From a virus: a DNA stretch of 45,147 nt. The position numbers and the translations under genes are program-made. The stretch is taken from the IMG/VR virus record IMGVR_UViG_3300010311_000419; one strand, given 5' to 3'. Shown one piece after another: positions 27,650 to 35,220 of the stretch. Each line of letters starts with the position of its first letter. Within the stretch, counting starts at the first letter, position 1. The notes beneath the pieces are model-generated. The model was not told the DNA's origin, ran no database searches, and was given only the letters and a program-made list of their open reading frames with translations.

Positions 27650-29005
27650 TCAAATTTGTTTTTCTTCTGTTTGTATTTTTTCTGATTTTCTGTTAAAGTT
27701 TATTTTCAAAATAGAACGCTGCCAACCATCGCCGTGTTGAAGCATTAGTGCCTTTTTAGTGCTACAACTTATTTCCTTCCCATTTTTATCCCTGATATGA
27801 ACTGTTCCGGCGCTTTTCACCGCGATTGCGCGTCCGGTTATGCCTTTGACTTTTACAAAATCGCCAGTCATGAATCCTTCTTTGGTCTTGTTGCGACTGC
27901 GATGACCTCTTGCAAAGCCATGTTTGTCCGGTATAATCGTTTGTCTGTTTCCACGGCCCATTATCTTGTTTATTGTTGCGTATTGTGTTTTAACATCAAT
28001 GTGCTTATCGCACAAACCAACACAAGCAGCATCAAAATAATGTTCTTTTGGCAACCCTTGATTGTGCCTGTTGAATTTCGTTCTCCCGCCAGAAGCGAGC
28101 TCAACGTCTCCAAATTCCTCTTTGAGCTTGTTGCATAAAACCCATCGGGTTGTGTTTACGCTTGCAGCATCTTTAAGGGTCTGTTTTGCGTCCTTTATCG
28201 CCTTTTCGAAATTTGCGATCATGGTTTTGGCTTTATCGCCTTTTTGTTTTGATAAGTATTCTATATATTCTTTCGGCATCATATTGGACTTCTCTTGATT
28301 GCATTTAACGCAAGCGATTGCGAGATTATCAATGCGGTCCGTGCCGCCTTTGCTTTTCGGAATCATGTGTTCAATTTCAAGAGGAACTTTTTCAGCACCA
28401 CAATAAGCGCATTTCCTACCGTATTTTTCGAGCAAGTATTCTTTCACTTCATACCCGAATAACTTTCCATGTTGATATTCAACGCCAGACACTTCGGGGT
28501 TTGCTAACTTTTGCATATCGAACTTCACGTGTTCAACTGATACAATTTGAATAGGCGCTAATGACTTCATTTTTCTAACTAAGTTAAGAGTTGAGTATAC
28601 TCTTGAAAGCATAGAGGGTGCGAAACGCCCTTTCTTTGTGCTGTTTTTTCTATTGGCCCAACGAGCTGGTCGATACCGTGTGTTTCTGTTTCTGCGGCCA
28701 CGGCGCATTTGCGACCTGTGTTTAAGGTTATCCGCGACCGTTATTTTATGCTTCACTATTCCGGCATAACGTAAAAGTAATTTGTCTTCTTTCTCTTGAA
28801 TAACAGCGATTCCTGTTTCTTTACTTCCGGGATCAATCTTTATTTGTAATGGCTCAACCTTACAATCCTCAACTTCGTTTTTTAGGCGAATCGTAAACGG
28901 AGTGTATTTGTGTATAACTGCTTTTTTGTTTTCGAGTAACTTTCTTGCTCTCTTCTCGGAGCAAGGCATCAAAGGTTCTTTGTGTTTGTTAAGTACGAAT
29001 ACCAT
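27650..29005 (-). CDS. iscB: IscB-type RNA-guided nuclease (PLMP, RuvC-I, bridge helix, HNH, RuvC-III)
   Basis: MVFVLNKHKEPLMP start; IKIDPGSKETGIAV; RSQMRRGRRNRNTRYRPARW; CAYCGAEKVPLEIEHMIPKSKGGTDRIDNLAIACVKCNQEK; KEHYFDAACVG; ~451 aa; AAGGAG RBS. Track start at 29071 rejected. Confidence 0.8.
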   Translation of the reverse strand: MVFVLNKHKEPLMPCSEKRARKLLENKKAVIHKYTPFTIRLKNEVEDCKVEPLQIKIDPGSKETGIAVIQEKEDKLLLRYAGIVKHKITVADNLKHRSQMRRGRRNRNTRYRPARWANRKNSTKKGRFAPSMLSRVYSTLNLVRKMKSLAPIQIVSVEHVKFDMQKLANPEVSGVEYQHGKLFGYEVKEYLLEKYGRKCAYCGAEKVPLEIEHMIPKSKGGTDRIDNLAIACVKCNQEKSNMMPKEYIEYLSKQKGDKAKTMIANFEKAIKDAKQTLKDAASVNTTRWVLCNKLKEEFGDVELASGGRTKFNRHNQGLPKEHYFDAACVGLCDKHIDVKTQYATINKIMGRGNRQTIIPDKHGFARGHRSRNKTKEGFMTGDFVKVKGITGRAIAVKSAGTVHIRDKNGKEISCSTKKALMLQHGDGWQRSILKINFNRKSEKIQTEEKQI

Positions 29006-29351
29006 ACAGGTATCACTCCTTTTATTTACAGCCCGAAGGCTTGCGCTTACGCGCCTTGTAACGCGAGGCATATGCCTCGTCTCTCCTCGACAATGTTATA
29101 ATGCCTTTTTACGAGCCAATCACTTGCGTACCTTCCGTGTTTACAATCGCATGTTTAGACTGGTTCGACAGAGCAGCCGGCTGGAGAAGCACCTGCTGGT
29201 GTCATGAGCAAAATAACGTAGGTCTCTAAGACCTTAGTCTGGACCCGCTTTGTAAATAGATAAGTTACAAACCGCTACACATAAGGTAAAATTAATCCGT
29301 GATTTATGTTACAGCCAAAAAGCAGCGGGCTTGAATGGCTTAACTCAACGG
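29006..29351 (-). ncRNA. Candidate omega-RNA / tracr-like scaffold for IscB
   Basis: Non-coding ~350 nt between array and iscB; consecutive hairpins including CGAGGC-AUAU-GCCUCG, GCGC-GUAA-GCGC (GNRA) and AGCC-UUCG-GGCU (UNCG); 29256-29264 is the exact reverse complement of 9 nt of the array repeat. Boundaries approximate. Confidence 0.5.
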
Positions 29352-29516
29352 GTTGCACCTTATCTATGGTTGGGGCGGGACGTATGTTACGGCGAAGATC
29401 TTTGTATCGACGACGTGCGTTGCACCTTATCTATGGTTGGGGCGGGACAATGGTTAGGCCGTTCCTGGAGTCGATCAGGGATTTTAGTTGCACCTTATCT
29501 ATGGTTGTGGCGGGAC
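29352..29516 (-). CRISPR. Mini CRISPR-like array: three 30-bp repeats, two spacers (37 and 38 bp)
   Basis: Repeats at 29352-29381, 29419-29448, 29487-29516 (third has one mismatch); plus-strand repeat GTTGCACCTTATCTATGGTTGGGGCGGGAC; spacers GTATGTTACGGCGAAGATCTTTGTATCGACGACGTGC and AATGGTTAGGCCGTTCCTGGAGTCGATCAGGGATTTTAG. Strand inferred from iscB. Confidence 0.7.
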
Positions 29517-29866
29517 GACAAGTTATTGTATGATCCCGGCTCGAGGTTATGGCGCTCGGTGCTTGTCAGTGAGCTGGCTGAATCTAAAGAGTAAGAGTAA
29601 GTTATCGTTTGGACGTATCGATTATACCTCAAAAGCATAAAAAAGCAAGCGGCGATTATACAAGAAAAAGCGAGATATACTTAATATGTATATCCCGCCT
29701 GTGTGTAGCGTAATCAGAAGATTCGATGCGGTTATTGTTGGTTTCAATCGTAATGAGAAATCGGCTTTATTTCGCGTTAAAGGCTGAATTCAAGGGGTTT
29801 GGAAGAATTTGCCCATTAACGATACACCACGTGCCGTTTTCAGGCTTCAGGGGTTTGAAATCTTAG

Positions 29867-30454
29867 TTATTCTTTTGATCGGGCTGTAACAAAAGCAGGC
29901 GTTGAAACTTCGCACGAAACAGAACAATTATTCGCGTACCGGTAAGATGGATTTCTGCTCGAGAGATCGCGCAATGCCTTTTGTTGCTCAGATGTGAGGT
30001 GAAATAAAGTAATCATGTTTGAAATCGGGAAGTATATGATCTTGGCACCGCTAAATTCGATGGATGGATAATCTTTTTCTTGGTCTCTCACCCTTATGGA
30101 TACAGGTATTTCCAAGTTTCGCAAATAGTTGCCGTATGCCTCGCCCTTGCCTTCATCTACAAACACAAGAAATACTGGGATGTTGTACTTTTCTGATATA
30201 GTCTTGTACTGGATGTAATGTTTAAAGTCGATACCTTGATCTGGATACATTTGCCGTCTTGCCTTACTCTTCACGTCCAGAATCAGCAAATCTTTCTTGT
30301 CTGGAGATGCCAGAATCCGGTCAAACGGATGAGCACCCGGCCATACTGGTTCGTATGGGATCATTTTCTTTCTGCTTTTGATATACTCATCCACCAATAG
30401 CTCTCCAAAATCACCTTTCTTGGTTTGAATTTTCTCGCGAAAAAGTTTAATCAT
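29867..30454 (-). CDS. PD-(D/E)xK-family nuclease (restriction-endonuclease-like), putative
   Basis: GDFGELLV ... PFDRIL ... LILDVKSK matches E / D / (D/E)xK spacing; ATG at 30454 is 5 nt after the upstream stop. Confidence 0.45.
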   Translation of the reverse strand: MIKLFREKIQTKKGDFGELLVDEYIKSRKKMIPYEPVWPGAHPFDRILASPDKKDLLILDVKSKARRQMYPDQGIDFKHYIQYKTISEKYNIPVFLVFVDEGKGEAYGNYLRNLEIPVSIRVRDQEKDYPSIEFSGAKIIYFPISNMITLFHLTSEQQKALRDLSSRNPSYRYANNCSVSCEVSTPAFVTARSKE

Positions 30455-31937
30455 GACACACATCACCAAGCTTTCGCAAGAAATCGGAGCTGTACTTATC
30501 CTCCTTCTCAAATCCAATAAAATAGCGTTTACATTTTGCGGCCGCCAGTAACGTGGAACCTGAACCGGCAAACGGGTCGAGAACCACTTCACCAGAACTG
30601 CTGGAGTTTTTGATTAGATATTCCAATAAAGGCTCCGGCTTCTGGCAATCGTGAACCTTATCTTGCGGGATAGCAAACTCAAGCACGTCGGGAGAAACGG
30701 GGTTGTTCAATTTTCGTTCTTTCCCGTTTGGCATCGTGCAGAACCAGATAATCTCATACTTGGAGGCATACCGTGCTTTGAAATCACACGGCGTGTGGTT
30801 ATTCTTCACCCAAGTGAGCCAGTTATCATGTACTTCAAAGTGTTTGGAGAGGATTCTTTTGAACTCGAAAGCATTTACGCAGCCGCAAAAAACGTAGATA
30901 TGAGCGTTTTCCTTGCATACCCGTTTCAACTCAACGCACAGATCATCGAAATACTCCAAGATACCCAACGAATCATCAAACTCAGGGTTGCCAGTTCTCC
31001 GGGAGGATTTGAAATCCACCCCATAAGGCGGGTCGGTGATCACAACATCAACTTCGTTATCAGATAATGATTTGATACCTTCCAAAGCATCCACACCAAA
31101 CTTGGCCTTGTTTTTCACTCCTTCGTTGAGCTGCTTGATAACGGATTCCAACCTTTTATCGCTGTACTCACCTTTGTGAATTGCCTCGAACAACTCAGCT
31201 TTCTTCTCATCCGAGATCTCCGGAGAAAGTTGCTCTTCCATCATTTTGAGCTGGCTGCGGATGCCTTTGTAGTATTCAACCTTTTCGTCCAGTTTTTTCT
31301 TGGCAGCTTTGCATCTCTCTTCTACGCAAAACCATACCATCACTTTCATCTGGTCATCCGCTTCTAATTCATACAATCCTGACGTCCGAAACCACCCCTC
31401 GGTGAAATCGCACGTTGTAATACCGCGTTCATTTTTTGGTGCAAATGTACCAAAGTTTGGTACACGGCCCTCCTGAAAAGTTTTGGCCAAAATCAGAATC
31501 TCTGCACCAATTTTTGAACGCAATGTTACGTGATTTTTTACTTTTTCCCGGCTCCACCCAATCCGCTCGCCGATCTTCTCTTGCGTGGTCCCATCATCTT
31601 GGAGCTTTGCGATCAAATCGAGCCAATCAAACAAATCCATCGGCGAGTAGGTGTCCTCGTCTTGGTTCCCGTTTATGGCGAGGGCATAGGGATCGTGGCC
31701 TTCCTCATACACAACGCACGGGACCTTATCGATGTTTAGTTCTTTAATCACGGCAAACCGATGATTGCCGTCCGCGATCAAGAATGAACCGTTGCTCTTG
31801 ACGACCGAAAGCGGGCGAGCCGGATTATAGCCGGATTCCGTGATCCGTTTCTTTATCTTCTCCAACGTGCTCGGCCGGATATCTCGAACCGGAAATGGTT
31901 TTAATCTTGTTACTTCGATCAATTCAGTAGCGTACAT
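30447..31937 (-). CDS. ParB-like (DGQHR-like) domain fused to DNA methyltransferase; paralog of 17059..18216
   Basis: N-terminal LIADGNHRFAV; VITDPPYGV (motif IV) and LDPFAGSGST (motif I); 496 aa. Confidence 0.8.
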   Translation of the reverse strand: MYATELIEVTRLKPFPVRDIRPSTLEKIKKRITESGYNPARPLSVVKSNGSFLIADGNHRFAVIKELNIDKVPCVVYEEGHDPYALAINGNQDEDTYSPMDLFDWLDLIAKLQDDGTTQEKIGERIGWSREKVKNHVTLRSKIGAEILILAKTFQEGRVPNFGTFAPKNERGITTCDFTEGWFRTSGLYELEADDQMKVMVWFCVEERCKAAKKKLDEKVEYYKGIRSQLKMMEEQLSPEISDEKKAELFEAIHKGEYSDKRLESVIKQLNEGVKNKAKFGVDALEGIKSLSDNEVDVVITDPPYGVDFKSSRRTGNPEFDDSLGILEYFDDLCVELKRVCKENAHIYVFCGCVNAFEFKRILSKHFEVHDNWLTWVKNNHTPCDFKARYASKYEIIWFCTMPNGKERKLNNPVSPDVLEFAIPQDKVHDCQKPEPLLEYLIKNSSSSGEVVLDPFAGSGSTLLAAAKCKRYFIGFEKEDKYSSDFLRKLGDVCHD

Positions 31938-32020
31938 TAAAACACCTCACATTCAAGCGGACAAGCCGCAAAGCATATTCAAAAAGCCACATCTACAATT
32001 CAACGCCCGTCGCTCCGCGG

Positions 32021-32236
32021 TCACCTCGACAATTGTCGCCATGCCTCGTACTCCTTCCGTAGATTTTCGGAATCCCCACCGAGCTTCTCCAATGCTGCAA
32101 GCACGCGTTCTGACAGCTTGAGCTGATAACCGACCATCAGATTGTGAGCCGTTATCCCGTGAACACCGGCAATACGCGCGAACTCGATCGTGCTGATTCC
32201 TTTCTGCACGAGAAACGTTTTGATTGGATTTTCCAT
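32021..32236 (-). CDS. Small HTH DNA-binding protein
   Basis: ISTIEFARIAGVHGITAHNLMVG HTH-like; first gene of the minus-strand accessory operon. Confidence 0.5.
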   Translation of the reverse strand: MENPIKTFLVQKGISTIEFARIAGVHGITAHNLMVGYQLKLSERVLAALEKLGGDSENLRKEYEAWRQLSR

Positions 32237-32257
32237 CTTTTTGCCCCCTCACTATAA

Positions 32258-33124
32258 TTTGTAAGTATATTATATCACATAGCATCACTCAACGCAAAAG
32301 GCTACAAAACACGAACCGGCAAACCGTGGGCGCAAACATCTATCTATGAGATGCTCCATAACAAGCGCTATGCCGGAATCTATACCTACCGCGGGAAGAA
32401 GCTCGGAAACAACAGCCACGCCAAACGCACGGATACGATAGAGGTTCCCGGCGTGATCCCGCCTATCGTATCGCCCGAGACATTCGAGCGCGTCAAGGCC
32501 CGATGGCGAACCAACATCACGCGCGCGCAAACCAAACACGCGCACATCTTAACCGGGATCATCTTCTGCGGCGTATGCGGCGCGCCGATGACCCTCACGG
32601 GCGGGCGTTATCCCAAGTATCAATGCTCGCGATGGAAGAATAACCGTGATACCCAATACGTGAGCGCAGGCGCGAAGACGGCAGATAAACGCGTGATCGG
32701 ATACGTTAAGAATATCATTCTCAACGAGCCCGACTTCGAAAAGATCGCCGAGAACTATAACAAGGAACACGCGCTATCAGATATGGCGCTCAAAAGCAAG
32801 GTCGAGGCCATCACCGCGGAACTCGCCGAAGTGAACTCCGGAATCGATAACGCCGTGAGCGCGATACTCAAAGGGATACTATCTGCCAAACTTGAAGAAG
32901 AAGTGAAGCGGTTGGAACTCAGAAAGAAGAAGCTGAACGAAGACCTCTTGAACCTCTCGCAAAGCACCGGGCGGCGCATCACGACCGAAGAGGTAAGAGG
33001 CATATACACGCGCTACGAAGAGATGCTGAACAGCGACGTAACCGAGCAACGTGCTCTTGTGCTTGATCTGATCGAGCGTGTAGAGGTATTCCCGGAAGGA
33101 TTTATGAACATCGCGCCGAAATAG
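32258..33124 (+). pseudogene. Large serine recombinase (integrase), N-terminally truncated: catalytic domain absent
   Basis: Frame open from stop at 32255-32257; ..KGYKTRTGKPWAQTSIYEMLHNKRYAGIYTY.. recombinase domain, zinc ribbon IFCGVCGAPMT...KYQCS, C-terminal coiled coil; no room upstream for the ~140-aa catalytic domain. Confidence 0.55.
32269..32297 (-). promoter_or_regulatory. Candidate promoter for the accessory operon
   Basis: Minus-strand TTGCGT (32297-32292), 17 bp, TATAAT (32274-32269); GAGGGGG RBS before ATG at 32236. Confidence 0.4.
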
Positions 33125-33285
33125 CCTAATTAGGCGCTGAGATGGTGCGGAGCCCTCGGCACCAGCCAAAAGAGCATAGTTAGGCGGTTCGGTATGGTGT
33201 TCGAGGCCGAGCCGTATATCATCGTCGCGGTCCGCCGCGTGGATTGAAACCCATAATAATTTTAGTAGCGAGTTGATAACAAAAA

Positions 33286-33328
33286 AGAACCCTCCATAAC
33301 GGCCACACAAGCCATCATGGAGGGTTCT
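33286..33328. terminator. Bidirectional hairpin terminator between convergent integrase remnant and late arm
   Basis: AGAACCCTCCAT ... ATGGAGGGTTCT 12-bp stem, A-run before and T-run after. Confidence 0.55.
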
Positions 33329-33342
33329 TCTTAGATAACGGA

Positions 33343-33603
33343 TCACCTCCTTTCGGAGTTTATCTCCTTCATCCACTTATCAGCGATCTCAGGTGGGATC
33401 CCACGCTCGATCATCAAATCATACTCATTCTTATTCGTGAGCTCAGCCCACCCGGTCATCAGCTCATCAGCCGCCTTCTTGCCCGCCTCGCGAGCTTCCG
33501 GCGTGATTGTGAATCGCTCAAGAATTCTTAGCCACTGCTCGTCTTTTTGAGGCGGCAGATTGCTTATTAACAGCGTTAGAAATATCAGTAACGCCTTCTC
33601 CAA
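33343..33603 (-). CDS. Hypothetical protein; last gene of the late arm
   Basis: ORF track; overlaps upstream ORF so true start may be internal. Confidence 0.3.
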   Translation of the reverse strand: MEKALLIFLTLLISNLPPQKDEQWLRILERFTITPEAREAGKKAADELMTGWAELTNKNEYDLMIERGIPPEIADKWMKEINSERR

Positions 33604-33886
33604 CGTTTCCGGTGTTAGGCTTAGGCTCCGGCTGAAACGAAGTTTGATTCTTCATCTTATCGGCTTTATCGGTAATCTCTTTCCCAAACTCGCCTATCAC
33701 CCCCCACATCTCGTTACTGTTTGATACGCCCATCCACTTTTCGGTATGATAATCAATCTTTCCGAAAACATTTTCGAGCTTATCGCCAAACTGCTTGATC
33801 AGGTTGCGAACCCAGAGCCACAACGCCGCCCCAAAGGCTACAAACAACCCGCTGATTATAATCGGTATCCAACTCTGCCAATCCAT
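33518..33886 (-). CDS. Membrane protein with N-terminal transmembrane helix (holin or lysis-accessory candidate)
   Basis: WIPIIISGLFVAFGAALWLWV helix then hydrophilic tail. Confidence 0.4.
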   Translation of the reverse strand: MDWQSWIPIIISGLFVAFGAALWLWVRNLIKQFGDKLENVFGKIDYHTEKWMGVSNSNEMWGVIGEFGKEITDKADKMKNQTSFQPEPKPNTGNVGEGVTDISNAVNKQSAASKRRAVAKNS

Positions 33887-33972
33887 AACGCATCATCTCC
33901 TTGTTATTGTTTGCTCATTATCCAGTTTGTCATTATCCAATACAGCCCGGCTCCGATTGCCGCGCCCACTCA

Positions 33973-34524
33973 TCACCTACTCGTCGCTTGCATAGCCAGT
34001 TGGATTATCATGTAGATCAACCCGCCCGCAGCCGTTATCTGTATCAAGACCTGCCAGAACTTCCTTGCGTTCGTCACTTGCACTTCTGTCCGTCCAATAA
34101 CCACGTGCCGAAGCATCTCCATCATCTGATCCATCAGTTCCTTGTTGCTCTGCGTCGTAATTTTTTTTTGCGTCTCTTCTATCGCGTCGCGAAGCTTCTT
34201 CTGATACCCGTTGTCGAGATGTTCTCTAAGCTCTTTTATCTCTCGCTTGTTATCCTCAGAACACATCTTAAGCATTCTGATTGACTCATGTATTCCGGCA
34301 AGCTTTTCATCATTTGCCACGTCCTTCGAGTTCGCTGAAACGATATGCTCCTGTATCTCCGTAATAGTGAGTTTCACGCTTTCACTGAGTTCAGCTATCG
34401 CCTCGTTCGTCTTTGTAATAATCTCGTGGAAACCTTTATTTTGTTTTCTCTGTTCGCTAACAATCACGTCGTAGCCCGCTTTTGCCTTCAAAAACTCGCA
34501 ATTTTCCAACGTTTTTTTATCCAA
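33973..34524 (-). CDS. XhlA-like coiled-coil protein with C-terminal transmembrane helix
   Basis: Coiled-coil body, C-terminal helix VLIQITAAGGLIYMIIQLAM; GGAGG RBS; position after xkdX-like gene. Confidence 0.4.
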   Translation of the reverse strand: MDKKTLENCEFLKAKAGYDVIVSEQRKQNKGFHEIITKTNEAIAELSESVKLTITEIQEHIVSANSKDVANDEKLAGIHESIRMLKMCSEDNKREIKELREHLDNGYQKKLRDAIEETQKKITTQSNKELMDQMMEMLRHVVIGRTEVQVTNARKFWQVLIQITAAGGLIYMIIQLAMQATSR

Positions 34525-34572
34525 ATTTTCGCCTCCATTCGGCTAAACGAGCCGCTATGTGCCGTCGTTACC

Positions 34573-34719
34573 TTAATCGGGTTCCGCCTCTTGCCCCTTA
34601 GGTTGCCTTGCTGCCTGTTCCTGTTCGCCTGCCTGTTCTTGTATTTCGGTAATAATAGATTCTAAAGCGTTTATCACAGCAGCTACCTGTGCACGCTTGA
34701 GTTTAAGCATATATGTCAT
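34573..34719 (-). CDS. Hypothetical small protein (48 aa)
   Basis: Hand-called; no clear RBS. Confidence 0.2.
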   Translation of the reverse strand: MTYMLKLKRAQVAAVINALESIITEIQEQAGEQEQAARQPKGQEAEPD

Positions 34720-34743
34720 ACGCTTGATTGATAGATTCTCATT

Positions 34744-34875
34744 TTAGACCTGTGGATTTGGGTTTGTAATAAGCAATTTCTGTTCCGCAGTTATCCAACC
34801 CTTTGACACAGCAATATCCAGTTTTGCAGCATCGATTTTTCCTGCCAAATACAATCGCTTCAAACTTTCAAACAT
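34744..34875 (-). CDS. xkdX: XkdX-family small phage protein (43 aa)
   Basis: MFESLKRLYLAGKIDAAKLDIAVSKGWITAEQKLLITNPNPQV; KGWIT..EQ core resembles XkdX family; GGAGGG 6 nt before ATG. Confidence 0.5.
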   Translation of the reverse strand: MFESLKRLYLAGKIDAAKLDIAVSKGWITAEQKLLITNPNPQV

Positions 34876-34877
34876 GT

Positions 34878-35207
34878 TCATCCCTCCAGTTGAGCTAATA
34901 CTAAGGTATCTACAACTTCTGTCATAATGAGATTATCGAGTATGAGTGCATCAACGGTTTCCGTTTGGCGAACAGTATGCTCGTATAAACTATCTAATTC
35001 ATCAGCACAAGAATCAAACCCATCTATACACCCCGTATCGGGGTTGACGGTATAAATTTTCCCGTGCTCATGAATATCATCTGGCACATTGAGTAACACA
35101 CCCATCTCGTTCAACCTGCTTACCGGCATCAGAGCCATTTCACCAGTTAGCGGGTAATCGTAAGCTGTAACTATTACATTGTTTTGTATTATACAAAATT
35201 TTTTCAC
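34878..35207 (-). CDS. Hypothetical protein (109 aa)
   Basis: ORF track only. Confidence 0.35.
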   Translation of the reverse strand: MKKFCIIQNNVIVTAYDYPLTGEMALMPVSRLNEMGVLLNVPDDIHEHGKIYTVNPDTGCIDGFDSCADELDSLYEHTVRQTETVDALILDNLIMTEVVDTLVLAQLEG

Positions 35208-35220
35208 ATGACCACCTCCG

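Noticed and set aside
29006-29071. Track's N-terminal extension of the IscB ORF (MPRVTRRVSASLRAVNKRSDTC)
   Set aside because: The downstream ATG at 29005 has a proper AAGGAG RBS and begins the conserved IscB N-terminus (MVFVLNKHKEPLMP); the extension reads through three stable hairpins and is better explained as the 3' part of the omega-RNA-like scaffold.
29547-29576. Possible fourth degenerate CRISPR repeat after the third spacer-length interval
   Set aside because: Only 13 of 30 positions match the repeat, too close to chance to call.
33130-33260. Possible tRNA gene or attP core downstream of the integrase remnant
   Set aside because: A TTCGAGG segment resembles a T-loop, but I could not build flanking T-stem, acceptor stem or anticodon arm; no cloverleaf is supportable by eye.
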